Source of the DNA: Phoronis australis
Lineage: Eukaryota > Animalia > Phoronida
Reading direction: 5' to 3'
Length of the DNA: 64,000 nucleotides
NCBI GenBank assembly: GCA_002633005.1
Contig: NMRA01000001.1
Coordinates: 4,628,694-4,692,693 of the forward strand
Positions 52,011-64,000 of this stretch are shown here, piece by piece. The notes beneath the pieces were generated by a model. The model had not been told where the DNA came from, ran no database searches, and saw nothing but the letters and a program-made list of their open reading frames with translations. Position 1 is the first letter of the stretch; the number at the start of each line of letters is the position of its first letter. The position numbers and the translations under genes were made by a program.

Positions 52011-53779
52011 TGGCCACTAGATGGCACAAAATACGTTGAATCCGTCCGAAAACGGGAACATGCCATCGTTCCTTTAATAGCAACCTATGTACAAAATTTC
52101 AGAAAAATCCTTCAAGAAACTTCAAATAAACAGAGGAAAACGGAAAAAAATGACAATTCCACTAGAAGGCACAGCGTTCGTCAAAGTCTGTTGTCGATTT
52201 CATGCCGTCCCATCCTTGAAAGGAACATACCGCAAATTTTCGCATGAACATACATTGAAGGATTTGGGAGATAGAGTAGCGGACGCTGGACGCGGACAGG
52301 GATGACATCATTTTAATGCGCCCATATAAATATGTGGGCGAATAAAAATGGATATTTTTTCTTTTTTGTTCACTTCCAGTGGCGGATAAATTTGACCAAT
52401 GCATAACTTAAAAATTTGTCCGCTGACGTCGCATGATGTTTTTTATGTTACGAGGGTAATAATCCACATCGATCATTGAATCATTGTTTGGTCCACTTCC
52501 TTTAGATTCTCCCCTCCCTCCCCATATGCTGGGAACGGGCATGGCGTAAGGCGTTCGCGCATCTGGCCAACGATAACCTGTCAAGTTTCGACGTTTTTCC
52601 TTGTTCGCTAAAATAAGTGAAACATTCGGCGTTGTCGTATCTCGGTGCCTTTTGGCGTAGGTACGTTATAGCAGGAAGAGATCTCTTCCTGGTTATAGTC
52701 ATGTGCATGCCACTGTATATATATTCATGCGTATCTCACGAGTGTCAGTGAAGATTTTATGCACGTGAATTCTTCTCCACGCGAACTCATCATGGCACAA
52801 GACAACGAACACAACGATTTAGTCAAATACCAAGTCGTTACACAAACTTATTGACGACAATGTTTGCATCTGTTAGGTGGACGTAGGCATATATTGAATT
52901 ACTGCTGTAATACTGATGTTCCGTGACCCATATACCCGTATATCTGGAGGAACTGGAGTTCTGTGTCAAAACAGAATGGTGAATATTTATTACAGACTAT
53001 GAATATTTATTTAACACCTTTCTGTATTATTGACCTCACGTGACGCAGGCTTGCCACTTGAAGTTGTCAGAGTTCAGCGGGTGGACTGAAAAGCCCGTAA
53101 CTCACATTGTGACCTGCAGCGCACTGCGGCCTAAAGACGCCAGTGACAGGCGACCGACGTCTAATCAAGTTTTCATTGAAAAACCAATTCCAATAAAATA
53201 ATTACAATAATTATAAATTCCATGTTCATAACATAAAAACTCCGTGTTAAATTAATTATATGACATTTTTATGAGTCTGACCTCACCGCGGTTCCATGGA
53301 ATTCTCGTGATTGATCACTTGATTTCTTTTTGATTTGAAAGCCGGGGATAGCATCAAATGCTGAAATATAGGGATAATTTAGAAATATTGGACTTCCTCC
53401 AGTCTAGGTCCTAAAAACCTGGGTATTCATATTTTCGTAACTTTGCACGAAATTTCATGTAACGAGAGCCGTCGACTGTCGGTTCAGCCAGGAGGACGAA
53501 GCACACTCCCGAAATAAAGTGCTTTGTTCGCTGTTAAAAATGAATCTTGTAAGAAATGTTGCTGTTGTGATGAAACAACTTTGCCTTTCGATAGAAACCC
53601 TTTTGTTGGGATGAATCCTGCCTGGCGTAACCGTTTCAATTTCAGTACGTATGCCCTACGGCTCATATATAATTTTTACTCGGAGAAAGAATTGCCGTGT
53701 TGTGATATTTTGCACGGATCAAAAGCTCTAAATTTTTAGATGATGTTTTATACAGTCTAGATAGGAAAGGAATGACCTG

Positions 53780-54030
53780 GGGCCCGTTCCAATAAAACTG
53801 ACTTAGCTAAGACAAATTTTAAATTTTAGTAAATTTTAAAATAAAAGTTAAATTTGACTCAAAGCTAATTCAAGAAAGAGATCTTAAGTTTGACTTAAGT
53901 GTTTTACCTAAGTTTTGTCTTAATTTTGAAAAACTTACCAAATGTGGAAGTTTCAAAGTTTGGAAGTTAAGACAAATCTTAGACTTAAATAAAAAATTAA
54001 CTTATTAAGCCAGTTTCTTGGACCAGACCT
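53780..54030. mobile_element. Harbinger-like MITE with 3-bp TSD CTG
   Basis: CTG|gggcccgttccaataaaactgacttagctaag ... cttattaagccagtttcttggaccagacct|CTG. Confidence 0.65.
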
Positions 54031-54523
54031 CTGGTATCATAGAGTGGCCAACACTTAAGAGTCCCGTGAAAATGTGACCCATAAGATGGGTCCGTTTTTA
54101 CGGGGTCATTATATCATAGATACTCGTTATCTATAGCCTATGATTATCACGCGCGCAGCCCCTAAATCTCGCCTTCGACAAATTCATGCAGTGGAAACAC
54201 AAAGAATACGTCTGTTACTAGTATACTCAGTGAAATGTGTCCCTGTGCCATGCAAACATGATAACGACAGACGTAATTCCGTGTGCGGGCATCAATGTAC
54301 ATGTTTTGGTCGAAAGTTTATCGATCACATCGCCATCACGTGCACACGCCTTCTATGCACTTGTTTGGGCCTAGCCACGGGATCGGGCCGCGGGTTTCTT
54401 TGATTTTGTTTATTTGATCACTGCCCTTGACAATGAGGCTGTTGCACTCATAAGACACTAGGTGGTCGCCATGCTTGTAACATTAAACTGAAAGAGGTTT
54501 CCCAGATTTCAACCGATGGGAAT

Positions 54524-54720
54524 CATGGGCGCACCCAGGAGGGGAAACAAAAACTCCGAGCAAACTAGGCAAAAGTCCACGAAGTCCACTGAGGAATTCG
54601 GCGAGGATACACAATTCGTAGGCCTCCTCACTAGTGGCCCCGTATTTTTTAGTCTTCGAGTGAAAAGGTCCGCGTGTCGGAAAATTTGAGCCCCCCTATA
54701 AGTTAGTCTGGGTGCGCACA
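54524..54720. mobile_element. MITE with 5-bp TSD GGAAT nested in repeat family B (duplicated at about 55632-55828)
   Basis: GGAAT|CATGGGCGCACCCAG ... CTGGGTGCGCACA|GGAAT; absent from the family-B copy at about 14466. Confidence 0.85.
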
Positions 54721-55406
54721 GGAATGACTGATTGTTAAATATGACGTCGGTTTCATTGCTTCCCATCATGAGAAGCCATGATAACATTTCACACTGCCTT
54801 TTCGTAGCCGTGAAAGAGTGTAACACAACCCGAGATTCTGTCACGGAAATTGCCGAATAGTTACGAATGCTTTGTTTACGTCTTCATGCGTAAAGAGCTC
54901 TCAATCAGAAGGAAATTGAATCGATTGTGCGAAATGCACCAAAAATCGACTGCTTCGTCTTGTTGAAACTCGTAATTTCCGCATATCGTCACAATGTCGG
55001 ATACAGAGATTGTGGATTTTCAAGATAATGAAGTTGTCACATTTTTACCAGGTTAGAAATCATTCTAATTGTGTAATGTGTCTGCGACCTCATTTGTGAG
55101 GTGACCTACCATCCTTTAGCGAGGACAACATACGTCACCAAATCGCTTCGCGTATCTGTCACCGTGTAAAATTTGCACATTACAATCGGCAAAAAATCAC
55201 TCAAAAATGCAATAAATGTGAATAAAAATTACTTCAAAGTATCAAATAATACCTTATTTTACTTAAATGTTAGTCTTTTTTCGTCGCAAAATCCGTTTAA
55301 TAATACTTTGCACGAGTTTTTTGCAGCAACGTGACCGACATTTCAAAGCAAAATGGTCGCCGGTAAAAACAACTGGTATTTGATTTTCAACTCAGGAGAA
55401 GACTAN

Positions 55407-56225
55407 TGTTTTGGTCGAAAGTTTATCGATCACATCGCCGGCATCACGTGCACACGCCTTCTATGCACTTGTTTGGGCCTAGCCACGGGATCGGGCCGCG
55501 GGTTTCTTTGATTTTGTTAATTTGATCACTGCCCTTGACAATGAGGCTATTGCACTCATAAGTCACTAGGTGGTCGCCATGCTTGTAACATTAAACTGAA
55601 AGAGGTTTCCCAGATTTCAACCGATGGGAATCATGGGCGCACCCAGGAGGGAAAACAAAAACTCCGAGCAAACTAGGCAAAAGTCCACGAAGTCCACTGA
55701 GGAATTCGGCGCGGATGCACAATTCGTAGGCCTCCTCACTAGTGGTCCCGTATTTTTTAGTGTTCGTTGAAAAGGTCCGCGTGCCGGAAAATTTGAGCCC
55801 CCCCTATAATTTAGTCTGGGTGCGCACAGGAATGACTGATTGTTAAATATGACGTCGGTTTCATTGCTTCCCATCATGAGAAGCCATGATAACATTTCAC
55901 ACTGCCTTTTCGTAGCACTGGGAAAGAGTATAACACAACCCGAGATTCTGTTACGGAAATTGCCGAATAGTTACGAATGCTTTGTTTACGTCTTCATGCG
56001 TAAAGAGCTCTCAATCAGAAGGAAATTGAATCGATTGTGCGAAATGCACCAAAAATCGACTGCTTCGGCTTGTTGAAACTCGTAATTTCCGCATATCGTC
56101 ACAATGTCGGATACAGAGATTGTGGATTTTCAAGATAATGAAGTTGTCACATTTTTACCAGGTTAGAAATCATTCTAATTGTGTAATGTGTCTCTGACCT
56201 CATTTGTGAGGTGACCTACCATCCT
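55407..56225 (+). repeat. About 815-bp near-identical duplicate of 54302-55115 after a single-N join (probable allelic overlap)
   Basis: Starts right after the N at 55406, is colinear with scattered SNPs and small indels, and diverges after ...gtgacctaccatcct. Confidence 0.92.
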
Positions 56226-56721
56226 GGCCTGGACTCCTGAGTCAGTGAAACAAGACACATGACAAGTGCATGCAGTTTAACAGTTTCTAGACCGAACGGC
56301 GAACAACCAATAGCGGCAAGATGTCGGGCGCATGGCCGAGTCAAGTTGGAGGGTTATTTTGCAGTCGCGTATTTTCGTTCTAACTTCCAGCTGCCATGAT
56401 CCAGCTTATCCAGTTGGGGTTTTCACAACATAGTTGACAATGTATATGATGGCTGAGCAGGTAGATTGCAGACCCCCTGGACAATGTACACGATGGCTAG
56501 GCAGGTGGGGTGCAGACCCCCCGAACCCTGTGGACCCGCACTGACTACTGGTACACCAATTAGCTAACTGCTGTTCTGCTTGACCCTGGCTGTGGGTTGG
56601 TTATAGCCTCCTGTCACTGTATAGAGACTGACGTTTAGTGGCACGGCTTTGACCAATGTGTCACTCCAATCACGGTGCTTCTTCTGGTGTACTACGCCAT
56701 AGTGATGCACTCGTAGTTCTA

Positions 56722-57045
56722 GGAAGGCAGCTGGCTACACTCCCTAGTTTGATCCAATCGTACTACAAGGCAGGCTCAATTTACCTGGCTATATGTACCA
56801 GTTGATCCAATGGTACTACAAGGCAGGCACAATTTACCTGGCTATATGTACCAGTTGATCCATTCGTACACATTACACGGGCACAGTTTACCTGGCTACA
56901 CACACAAGCTTGAACCACTCTTACTCACTAGGCAGGCACGGTTTACCTAGTTAAATACGCCAGTTTGATCCACTCTTACTAACAAGACAGGCACAGGTCA
57001 TCTGGCTACGTACACCCACTCTTACTCACTAGGTGGGCACAGTTT
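56722..57045. repeat. Minisatellite, unit about 52-55 bp
   Basis: About 6 copies resembling gttgatccaatggtactacaaggcaggcacaatttacctggctatatgtacca. Confidence 0.88.
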
Positions 57046-58223
57046 TTGGAAGATATTCTGAAACCAATCATGTTGTCTGCTCATAGTAGGCCTAAAAATG
57101 TTGAAATTTGACTAATTTTACAACATCACATCTTCCTAAGGTACCTTTACAGGCATATCTCATTCAGAAATAGCTGAACGGATTCAAATGTAATTTTCAG
57201 ATATTATGTTTTTGCATTGTCCTGGAACTTTGATTTTAATTTGAAAAAAATAAAGTGCTTTTTAAACAAAAATGAAAAGATCATTCAGAATTTAACTGAC
57301 ACTGCTTTTGGTGGCCCTCAACATTATGAAAATTAATATGTCATCCTTTTGCAACCTAAATCCCTGCTTGCAGTTTCAAAACTCAGCTGGCACACACAGA
57401 TCCCTGGTTGCACAACTCTTGACATTCAATGTAAATGCTGCTGGTGTGCTTTCCGGTGTTGAGGCACTCATATTTTCCTGTTTTACTAAAAAATGTGTGT
57501 TTGTGGTGTTTTTGGGGCGATATGGCTTCTCAAGTTGGAATGCACAAGAATCGCACATGTAGCTAACTTGAGGTGGCCAAAATCTCAGCTCGCCCTTTTA
57601 AATATCAGGTCCCAAGTGTGACCCGCAGGTTATCAATCAAGCCCTGTGTGAGATTTCATTTTCAAAATTATTTCAAAAGAATTTTTTTTGCTAAATTTTA
57701 ATGCAAATGTATGGTCACATGACCTAATCGGTGAGTGAAGTCCAAAGTTGAACTCTTTCTAGTTATCTCCTTTCAGAAATAATTATTCTGTAAATCTTTG
57801 AATATAATTGCTGTTAAGGTAAGACAAATTGGTCACGTGATCGATAAAATAATGTAAAATTTAGCAATCGTTGTTATGTTGGTATATACAGTAGTGAAGT
57901 GTTCATACAGAAATTTATGAAAAACCATCATTCGTTTAGTGCTTGGCGAGACTGGCTATTTTTCTGAAGACATTGAAATGAGTGTGGTGATCTCCTATCA
58001 CAACATTCTCTACAGCCTGTTTTGATTCGTCGCAGTAACCAGTTTGAATTTTGCCATGACTGGTTTGACTCACCTGCGTTGAGTTTGACAAACAATGCGT
58101 TGTTTGAACTCTTAGTAGATTAATTATTTCTTAATCTGTTAATCGTGGCACTTTAGATGTTTGGTTTTTAGTTGATTGTGCTGTATACCAATTATTTTTA
58201 CCATCTGTGTTTGTATCTTTCAG

Positions 58224-58848
58224 GTGGTACCTCCAATGACAAGGAGGCCCTCTATGGTACGTCAAGTCAACGCATGGCGGCACGCTTCGCTTGTACTAAA
58301 GTGAAAGCAGCCTTAACTGTGGGCCTCCTAATTGCACTCATTGTAGCGGTTGCGCTGATAGCAGCCTTCTCCAAATCAGCATGTCCCCCTGTTAGTGAAA
58401 CGCAGCCCACCACCAAGGCTGGTCTGGTCTCGCATTCTACTGCGGTACAAGTTGACTTAAACAACTTTCCATGGAAAGACATACGACTTCCTACATCAGT
58501 ACAGCCCGATACTTACACACTAGAGATGACCACTGACTTGGAAAACTTTATTTTCAGTGGAGTTGTACGAATAACATTGAAGGTCACAAAGGAAGTAGAC
58601 TTCATTGTGTTACACAGTAAAAATCTGAACATATCTAATGTCAGACTGTCGTCCAGCTCACCTCAGGACCCTGTAAATGTGATGGAGGTACTGGAATACC
58701 AGCGGCATCAACAACTGTACCTGAAATTGTCACGCAACTTGGTGAAAAAACATGCGTATACTCTTAGCCTACATTTTGCTGGAACTCTGAATGCTGGGTT
58801 GACTGGCTATTATAGGAGTTCTTATAAGAACGAGCGTGGAGAAACACG
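58224..58848 (+). CDS. M1 family zinc aminopeptidase (ERAP1/ERAP2/LNPEP-like), exon with signal-anchor and N-terminal beta domain
   Basis: Acceptor ctttcag|GT at 58223/58224, in-frame ATG at 58274, hydrophobic anchor ALTVGLLIALIVAVALIAAF, FPWKDIRLPTSVQPDTYTL, IVLHSKNLNI, LTGYYRSSY. Donor CG|gttagt, phase 2. Confidence 0.93.
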
Positions 58849-59301
58849 GTTAGTTACATCGTACTTGGTTATTGAATAAATTATGATAATTAGTACTGTC
58901 ATTTTAACTGGAGGCTTTGCTGGAAATTCATCAGATGAGTGTTCAGACTCTGATTTTGTCACGCGTTGGGTCTAAACCCTTTGAAGAATGGTCATTATGT
59001 TTGAAAGACAGGGTCCTACATTGTCCGTTGGTTATTATCAACTCTGTCTCAAGGTATAAGGCAAGCGTGGATATCCGATGCAATTTCGGACATCAGACCA
59101 CCCACAGTCTGTTTATATAGTGGGATGTGCCACCATCAGCAGATAGTGTGAAGGATTTGACTAATTCTCATTTTTTGTTTTGATCATTGAGATATTCCTC
59201 ATCTGCTGATTGTTGTCAGAATGGAAAAATTGTTTCTGCGTAAACTAGAATAAGGACCCCGACCCCTAGTAGCATACTGTGAAGCTAGTAAGCACTCCTA
59301 G

Positions 59302-59605
59302 GAGCATCCAGATAAGTTATTTTCAAATTATCCCTCAGAGGTGTTACATATCTTCGCACGGGCCAACTTCAATCACAACATCAAAATAGAGAATGCCATG
59401 GAATGTGCGCCGGGATATTGATGTGGTGTCTTGCAGTACATCAGCAGGCAGACTAAGGATTGGAAATGATGTGTATGACTTTTGAGACCAGACTGAAGTC
59501 ATGATTTTAACTGTTTGCTGACCAAATTCCTTTGCTTGAAGTTTGCACGTCACCTCTGAGGGACAATTTGAGGTTACAAAAATGCTGAAGGTGTTCTGGA
59601 TGCCC
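59302..59605. mobile_element. Intronic MITE with 3-bp TSD TAG (Harbinger-like)
   Basis: TAG|GAGCATCCAGA ... TCTGGATGCCC|TAG, plus inner inverted arms caaattatccctcagaggtg / cacctctgagggacaatttg. Confidence 0.75.
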
Positions 59606-60557
59606 TAGTAACTTACCGTTTGTGATGTGTACGTGGATAGGTTGCTACACTTTGCATTGTTGTTGTAATTGGTGTTGGTTTTTAAATGGTTGACTTTAAT
59701 TGTAGAATATAAATTATTTTTGATTTTGAATTGGCAGTGCCATTTTTTGGTATGGTATTGACTTTCAGCTACTGGTAAATTCATGTTGTCCATATAAATT
59801 TTATGCTCACTCTGATTATGCACCCGACAAGTGTATTATAATGTTTTGATATCCAACTTGGTACAGACCAAGCTGCTTGATCACTGTTTGTGGAATTACG
59901 CATGCAGATCTTTATTTTCACTAATGAGAGGTTCCTCAGCCAATTCTGGCTGACTTGCTTTGCTTTCTCTGGATGCTAAATATTATCATCTCTGTATCTG
60001 CCCTGTATGCGATGCACGTGATGGGTTCATATCAAGGCTCTGCGTTGCTCTTGTTTCATGTTTTGTGAACCGAAGAGTAGAAGTCCGGGTGTCTATCTCA
60101 GTTGATCATTAAGTAACTTTCCCATAGACTTGTCACTGACTGAACTTTTTATCTTTGCCAGAAACTTTAGATTTATAGTTGGTGAACTCGCTGAAATTCA
60201 AACTGAATTATTCTACAATTAAGGCTCATGAACCTCACGGAAGTGCAAGATCACACAGACTGAGCGACATGTCACCATGTGTTGTAAACCAAACAAGTTA
60301 TCACACTAGCTTCCTTTGCAAGATTCTTGCATCCATGGAACATAGCCTTGTAGCAAAAGGCTTATTTTGTCTATCTACACTTTTAAATCTGAATTGTGCT
60401 TGATGTGTTGCGAGCAGTAGTGTTTTCTTGATGTTTTACCATCCATTCTATCTTCATTTATTTTAGGCACATGACTTGTCATTTTGATATCAAATGTTTG
60501 TTGTTGTCATATTGCTTGTAAAAAACAACTAAACTGTGTGCCTTTCATTGTTTGTAG

Positions 60558-60831
60558 GTGGCTCTCTGTCACGCAGTTTGAATCCACCTATGCAAGGACT
60601 GCGTTCCCATGTTTTGATGAGCCGTCGTTCAAAGCAAACTTCACTCTGTCTATGACTCATGACAACCAGTATATATCACTGTTCAACATGCCACAAAAGG
60701 CCGACCCTGAGCCAGCGGGCGGACATATGGTCACGTCTCACTTTGAAACTTCTGTTAAAATGAGCTCTTACCTAGTAGCCTTTGTTGTGTGTGACTATGG
60801 AAAAGTGACAGACACCAGCCACAAATACACG
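60558..60831 (+). CDS. M1 aminopeptidase exon (TQFE..ARTAFPCFDEP, MSSYLVAF)
   Basis: tttgtag|G TGG... phase matches the previous exon; donor ACG|gtatgt; hallmark M1 motifs. Confidence 0.96.
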
Positions 60832-61439
60832 GTATGTTGAATGGGTTGATAGTTTCGTTTTTATATCACTGCCATTTTTTATAAAGAAATGTGTTTTAGA
60901 ACTACGCAAGTTCCAAAGCTTATTTCAGTACTTTTCTGTAAAGTTTGATCAAAACACCATGATTGCACCTTCAATTTTGTTGACTGCTGTTTACCTTCAT
61001 TGTACACTGTGCATTATTTTTGTTGTATTCTGAATCATTGTGCCATGTAGTTCCCTCAACGCCAAAATGTTTTTAATTTTCCACATAGTTGAAAGCACTG
61101 TTATAATTAAAGTCACATTTCACCCTTTTTTAACTGGCTAAAAGACAAAAATATCAAATTAGACTTTTACTCTTCTAATAAAATTGGTCTCACGATGTTT
61201 CTTACCGTGGGAGGATTCTATTTCTGTTACTTAGAAGAACATAGAAACCATCTGCAACTCAAGAAAACGCTTCACAGTTTATTCGGATTAGTCAACCCTA
61301 AAATTATCGATTCAAAAATGGGACATGTTCGCATTATCGGAGCACTTTCCTTTATGAGCACTGTATAAACACTGCAGTGTTGTTGTTATCCTTATTTTAT
61401 GCTGCTATGCCTTCACTTTACCCCTCGTGTCTACTTCAG

Positions 61440-61560
61440 GTCAGCGTGTATGCGCCCAAGCACCAGATCAATCAGGCACATTGGGCCCTTCATGTGGCCG
61501 TTAAAGTTCTCCCATTCTACGAAGATTTCTTTGGGCAACCTTATCCACTACCAAAGCAAG
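61440..61560 (+). CDS. M1 aminopeptidase exon (VSVYAP...FYEDFFGQPYPLPKQ)
   Basis: cttcag|GTC ... CAAG|gtaagg; 121 nt; phases 0 and 1 are consistent with the neighbouring exons. Confidence 0.96.
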
Positions 61561-62134
61561 GTAAGGTCATGTGCTACTTAAATAATAAAATCTAACCAAT
61601 TTTTGAACAAAGTTGATTGTCAAAGCTGGGCTCATTTCATTTTTCAATGGCTTCCAACAGTCTGGTGTATGCAAACAATTTAACTAAACATTGTATGATG
61701 GTAACAATGCCATAGAACTTTAAAATGATAAAGCATTGCTAAATGCTTATAATATTTGGTGCTACTTACATTTTAAGAAAAACAAAAACGATGAATACGT
61801 AGCAAAATTTTACTTGTCTACCATATTGTGTTGGTGTTATTTTGCTGTAGGCAGTTTGGCTTGTCCAAAAGTCAGTGTAAAATGACAGGCTGTTGTACTC
61901 ATAAACAATTTTATGACTTTGCACTTAGAAGGGTTTTAAATGTTTTTACCTGGAAGGTGAACCTGACAAGAACAACTGACCAGTTGTCGTAAGGCATCAT
62001 TCCCAGACAGACAAATCGATCACTTATGTGAGTGATGTGTGAGTGGTAGGCTGTAAACAACTGCGAACACATCAGAAAGTCTAATATTCACTTGCCATTT
62101 TATTTTCTATTGGTAATTTAGAATTTGGTTTTAT

Positions 62135-62335
62135 CTTTGTATGGGAATGATGTCAACAGCCCCTCCCATACTTTGTGTGGATAAAGTGTCAGCAACTCCT
62201 GTGTGTAACTGACTTGTGCTATACTGTGTGTGGTAATGATGTCAGCGGCTTCTCCCATACTTTGTCTGGTAATGATGTCAGCGGCTCCTCGCACACTTTG
62301 TTTGGGAATGATATCTTTGACTTGTCCCACACATG
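62135..62335. repeat. Intronic minisatellite, unit about 36-38 bp
   Basis: About 5 copies resembling gtaatgatgtcagcggcttctcccatactttgtctg. Confidence 0.8.
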
Positions 62336-63938
62336 CCTGTGAAGGTCAGGGTATTGTGAGCGATTGTTTGCATTGAGCTTTTAGTCTTTATCCAAACGTA
62401 ATTTATGAACATAGTGTGTATATTGTGAAGTCGAAAAAGTCTAAGTCTACCTTAAAGAGTAATTGAAGAGCTTTATAAGATGAGAAGCTAAATATTCTTG
62501 TCATATCTTTGATGCTGTGATTCCAACTATTGCACTTAATGCATAATGTAACATAAATGCTTGCTGTAGGAATGATGTGTTCTGCTAATTAAACATACTA
62601 ATGTCCTCTGGTGGTGTAGAATTTTAGCCTATTTTTCGGGTCTATCACTGACAAAAATACCGAAATACATCGTGCTCGTGTCACTACAGATATTACTGTG
62701 GTGTGAGTTGTAAGTCATTGCTAATGTCTTATGAAGGGGCTGTACTGCTTGATGAGTGATGAGAAACTATGTAGAATAAAAATTCCAAACACATGAGCAC
62801 TGCCATGTAGAATTTTGTAGTGTCTCTGTATTTCTGAATGAGGTACATACGATTAACAGACAGTCTGAAATTCAGTTCGTTGTGTTCAGACGCTTATTGG
62901 TACTCATAGTTGCTAGATTTATTGTCGTTACTGCTTGAATTTTTCAGTTTTTGTTTTTATCAACTGTTAGTTGTCCTGACAATTGGATGGAGCTGTGAAA
63001 GAACCGGTAATGAATCACAAGGACCTTGTGAAGCTTTTAGCTGGACCATTTTGGAAGTTACATTTAAACTAAAAATAATAAGTTTGAGTTTGAGTTTTTT
63101 ACTGCAGAAAAAAATGTTGTACTCCTTTCAGACTTAAGTACAGCCGTGTACATGTTGGAGTTATAATTATCTTTTAACCCTTTTCCTGCGCTAGGCGAGG
63201 TCAGCCGACATGCCAAGTATCCTAGTACAATGCATTGGGTGTACTCAATTGACAATGCTAAGCTGCAGCTGTTCTGCGCTAGGAGAGTGCAGTCACCCCA
63301 GGACACTTGGGATTTTCATTCAGAAATTGTATGAACCCTGAAATTTTGTATAGATATGTGAGCTTGTGCATTCCATAGTTCACAGTTTCCTCTACATTTC
63401 TCAACCTTATGGCTGTGATTACTAGTTTGGGAGATATTAGCAGGTTTATGGAAGTGTAGACACATAGTTTCAATATATGACTGGAGCCAGACACAGAGGA
63501 TGACAGTGGATCGGTTAAGTTTCAGTAATGCTATGATGAAGATTTACATATGGTGAAAATCTCAACTGAAGTCTGGACAACTTTTATGTTGGCTTCTTTT
63601 CTGTGAAATTAACATTTCCCCATCAAATTTTCAACTTAAAATTGTTAGGTCATTAGTCTGGGTGACCTTTATAACAGCTTAGTGCGGTGACCTACTTAGC
63701 TCAGCACACAAGGAAAGTAGTCTAAATAGAGGCTCAGCAGGATAAGGGTTGAAAACCTTGAAAAAAGGTAACACAAAATAGCAATCAATCAAACTGGTAC
63801 TGAAACACTGTTTTTCCTTAGTATGACTCTCATGGACATAAATAACAGGCTGTACAAGCAATCGTGCCATGAAAGCAATAAGTGACTGCCTTGAACAAAT
63901 ACTTGCTGTGTATCAATATTGATGCCATCTTTATTTAG

Positions 63939-64000
63939 ATCTGATCGCCATTCCTGACTTTGAATCGGGTGCGATGGAAAACTGGGGTCTTATCACGTAC
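63939..64000 (+). CDS. M1 aminopeptidase exon with the GAMEN motif (runs off the window)
   Basis: ttatttag|AT CTG ATC GCC ... gives [21 protein letters not shown]. Not in the ORF track. Confidence 0.96.

Noticed and set aside
54509-56076. Duplicated 111-aa and 92-aa ORFs as a gene pair
   Set aside because: They run across a MITE and its host repeat, are frameshifted relative to each other, and lie in an assembly overlap.
56438-56520. ATG...CAG|gt mini-exons as the first coding exon of the aminopeptidase
   Set aside because: They are phase 0 while the acceptor at 58224 needs phase 1, and they sit in a short local duplication.

Overview
Eukaryotic (metazoan, probably marine invertebrate bilaterian) draft-assembly window: AT-rich, intron-rich and repeat-rich. 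Three spliced + strand genes can be reconstructed by hand. (1) A Six4/5-class homeobox gene, 2 coding exons, 1248-10351, 323 aa. (2) A complete calmodulin gene, 5 coding exons, 22330-32332, 149 aa, with five substitutions relative to the canonical Drosophila-type sequence. (3) The 5' part of a type II membrane M1 aminopeptidase (ERAP/LNPEP-like), 58224 to beyond 64000. The rest is a patchwork of non-autonomous DNA transposons whose termini and target-site duplications (TSDs) are still readable (IS3EU-like, Kolobok-like, hAT-like with 5-bp TSD, Harbinger-like), a hAT transposase relic, a tRNA-derived SINE head, minisatellites and two interstitial telomere-like tracts. There is a 631-N gap and several single-N joins. 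Two of those joins duplicate allelic sequence, and one appears to capture both the filled and the empty allele of a transposon insertion. Nearly all other listed ORFs are spurious. I found no clearly new multi-gene system. Superfamily assignments rest on termini/TSD rules, not on database searches.
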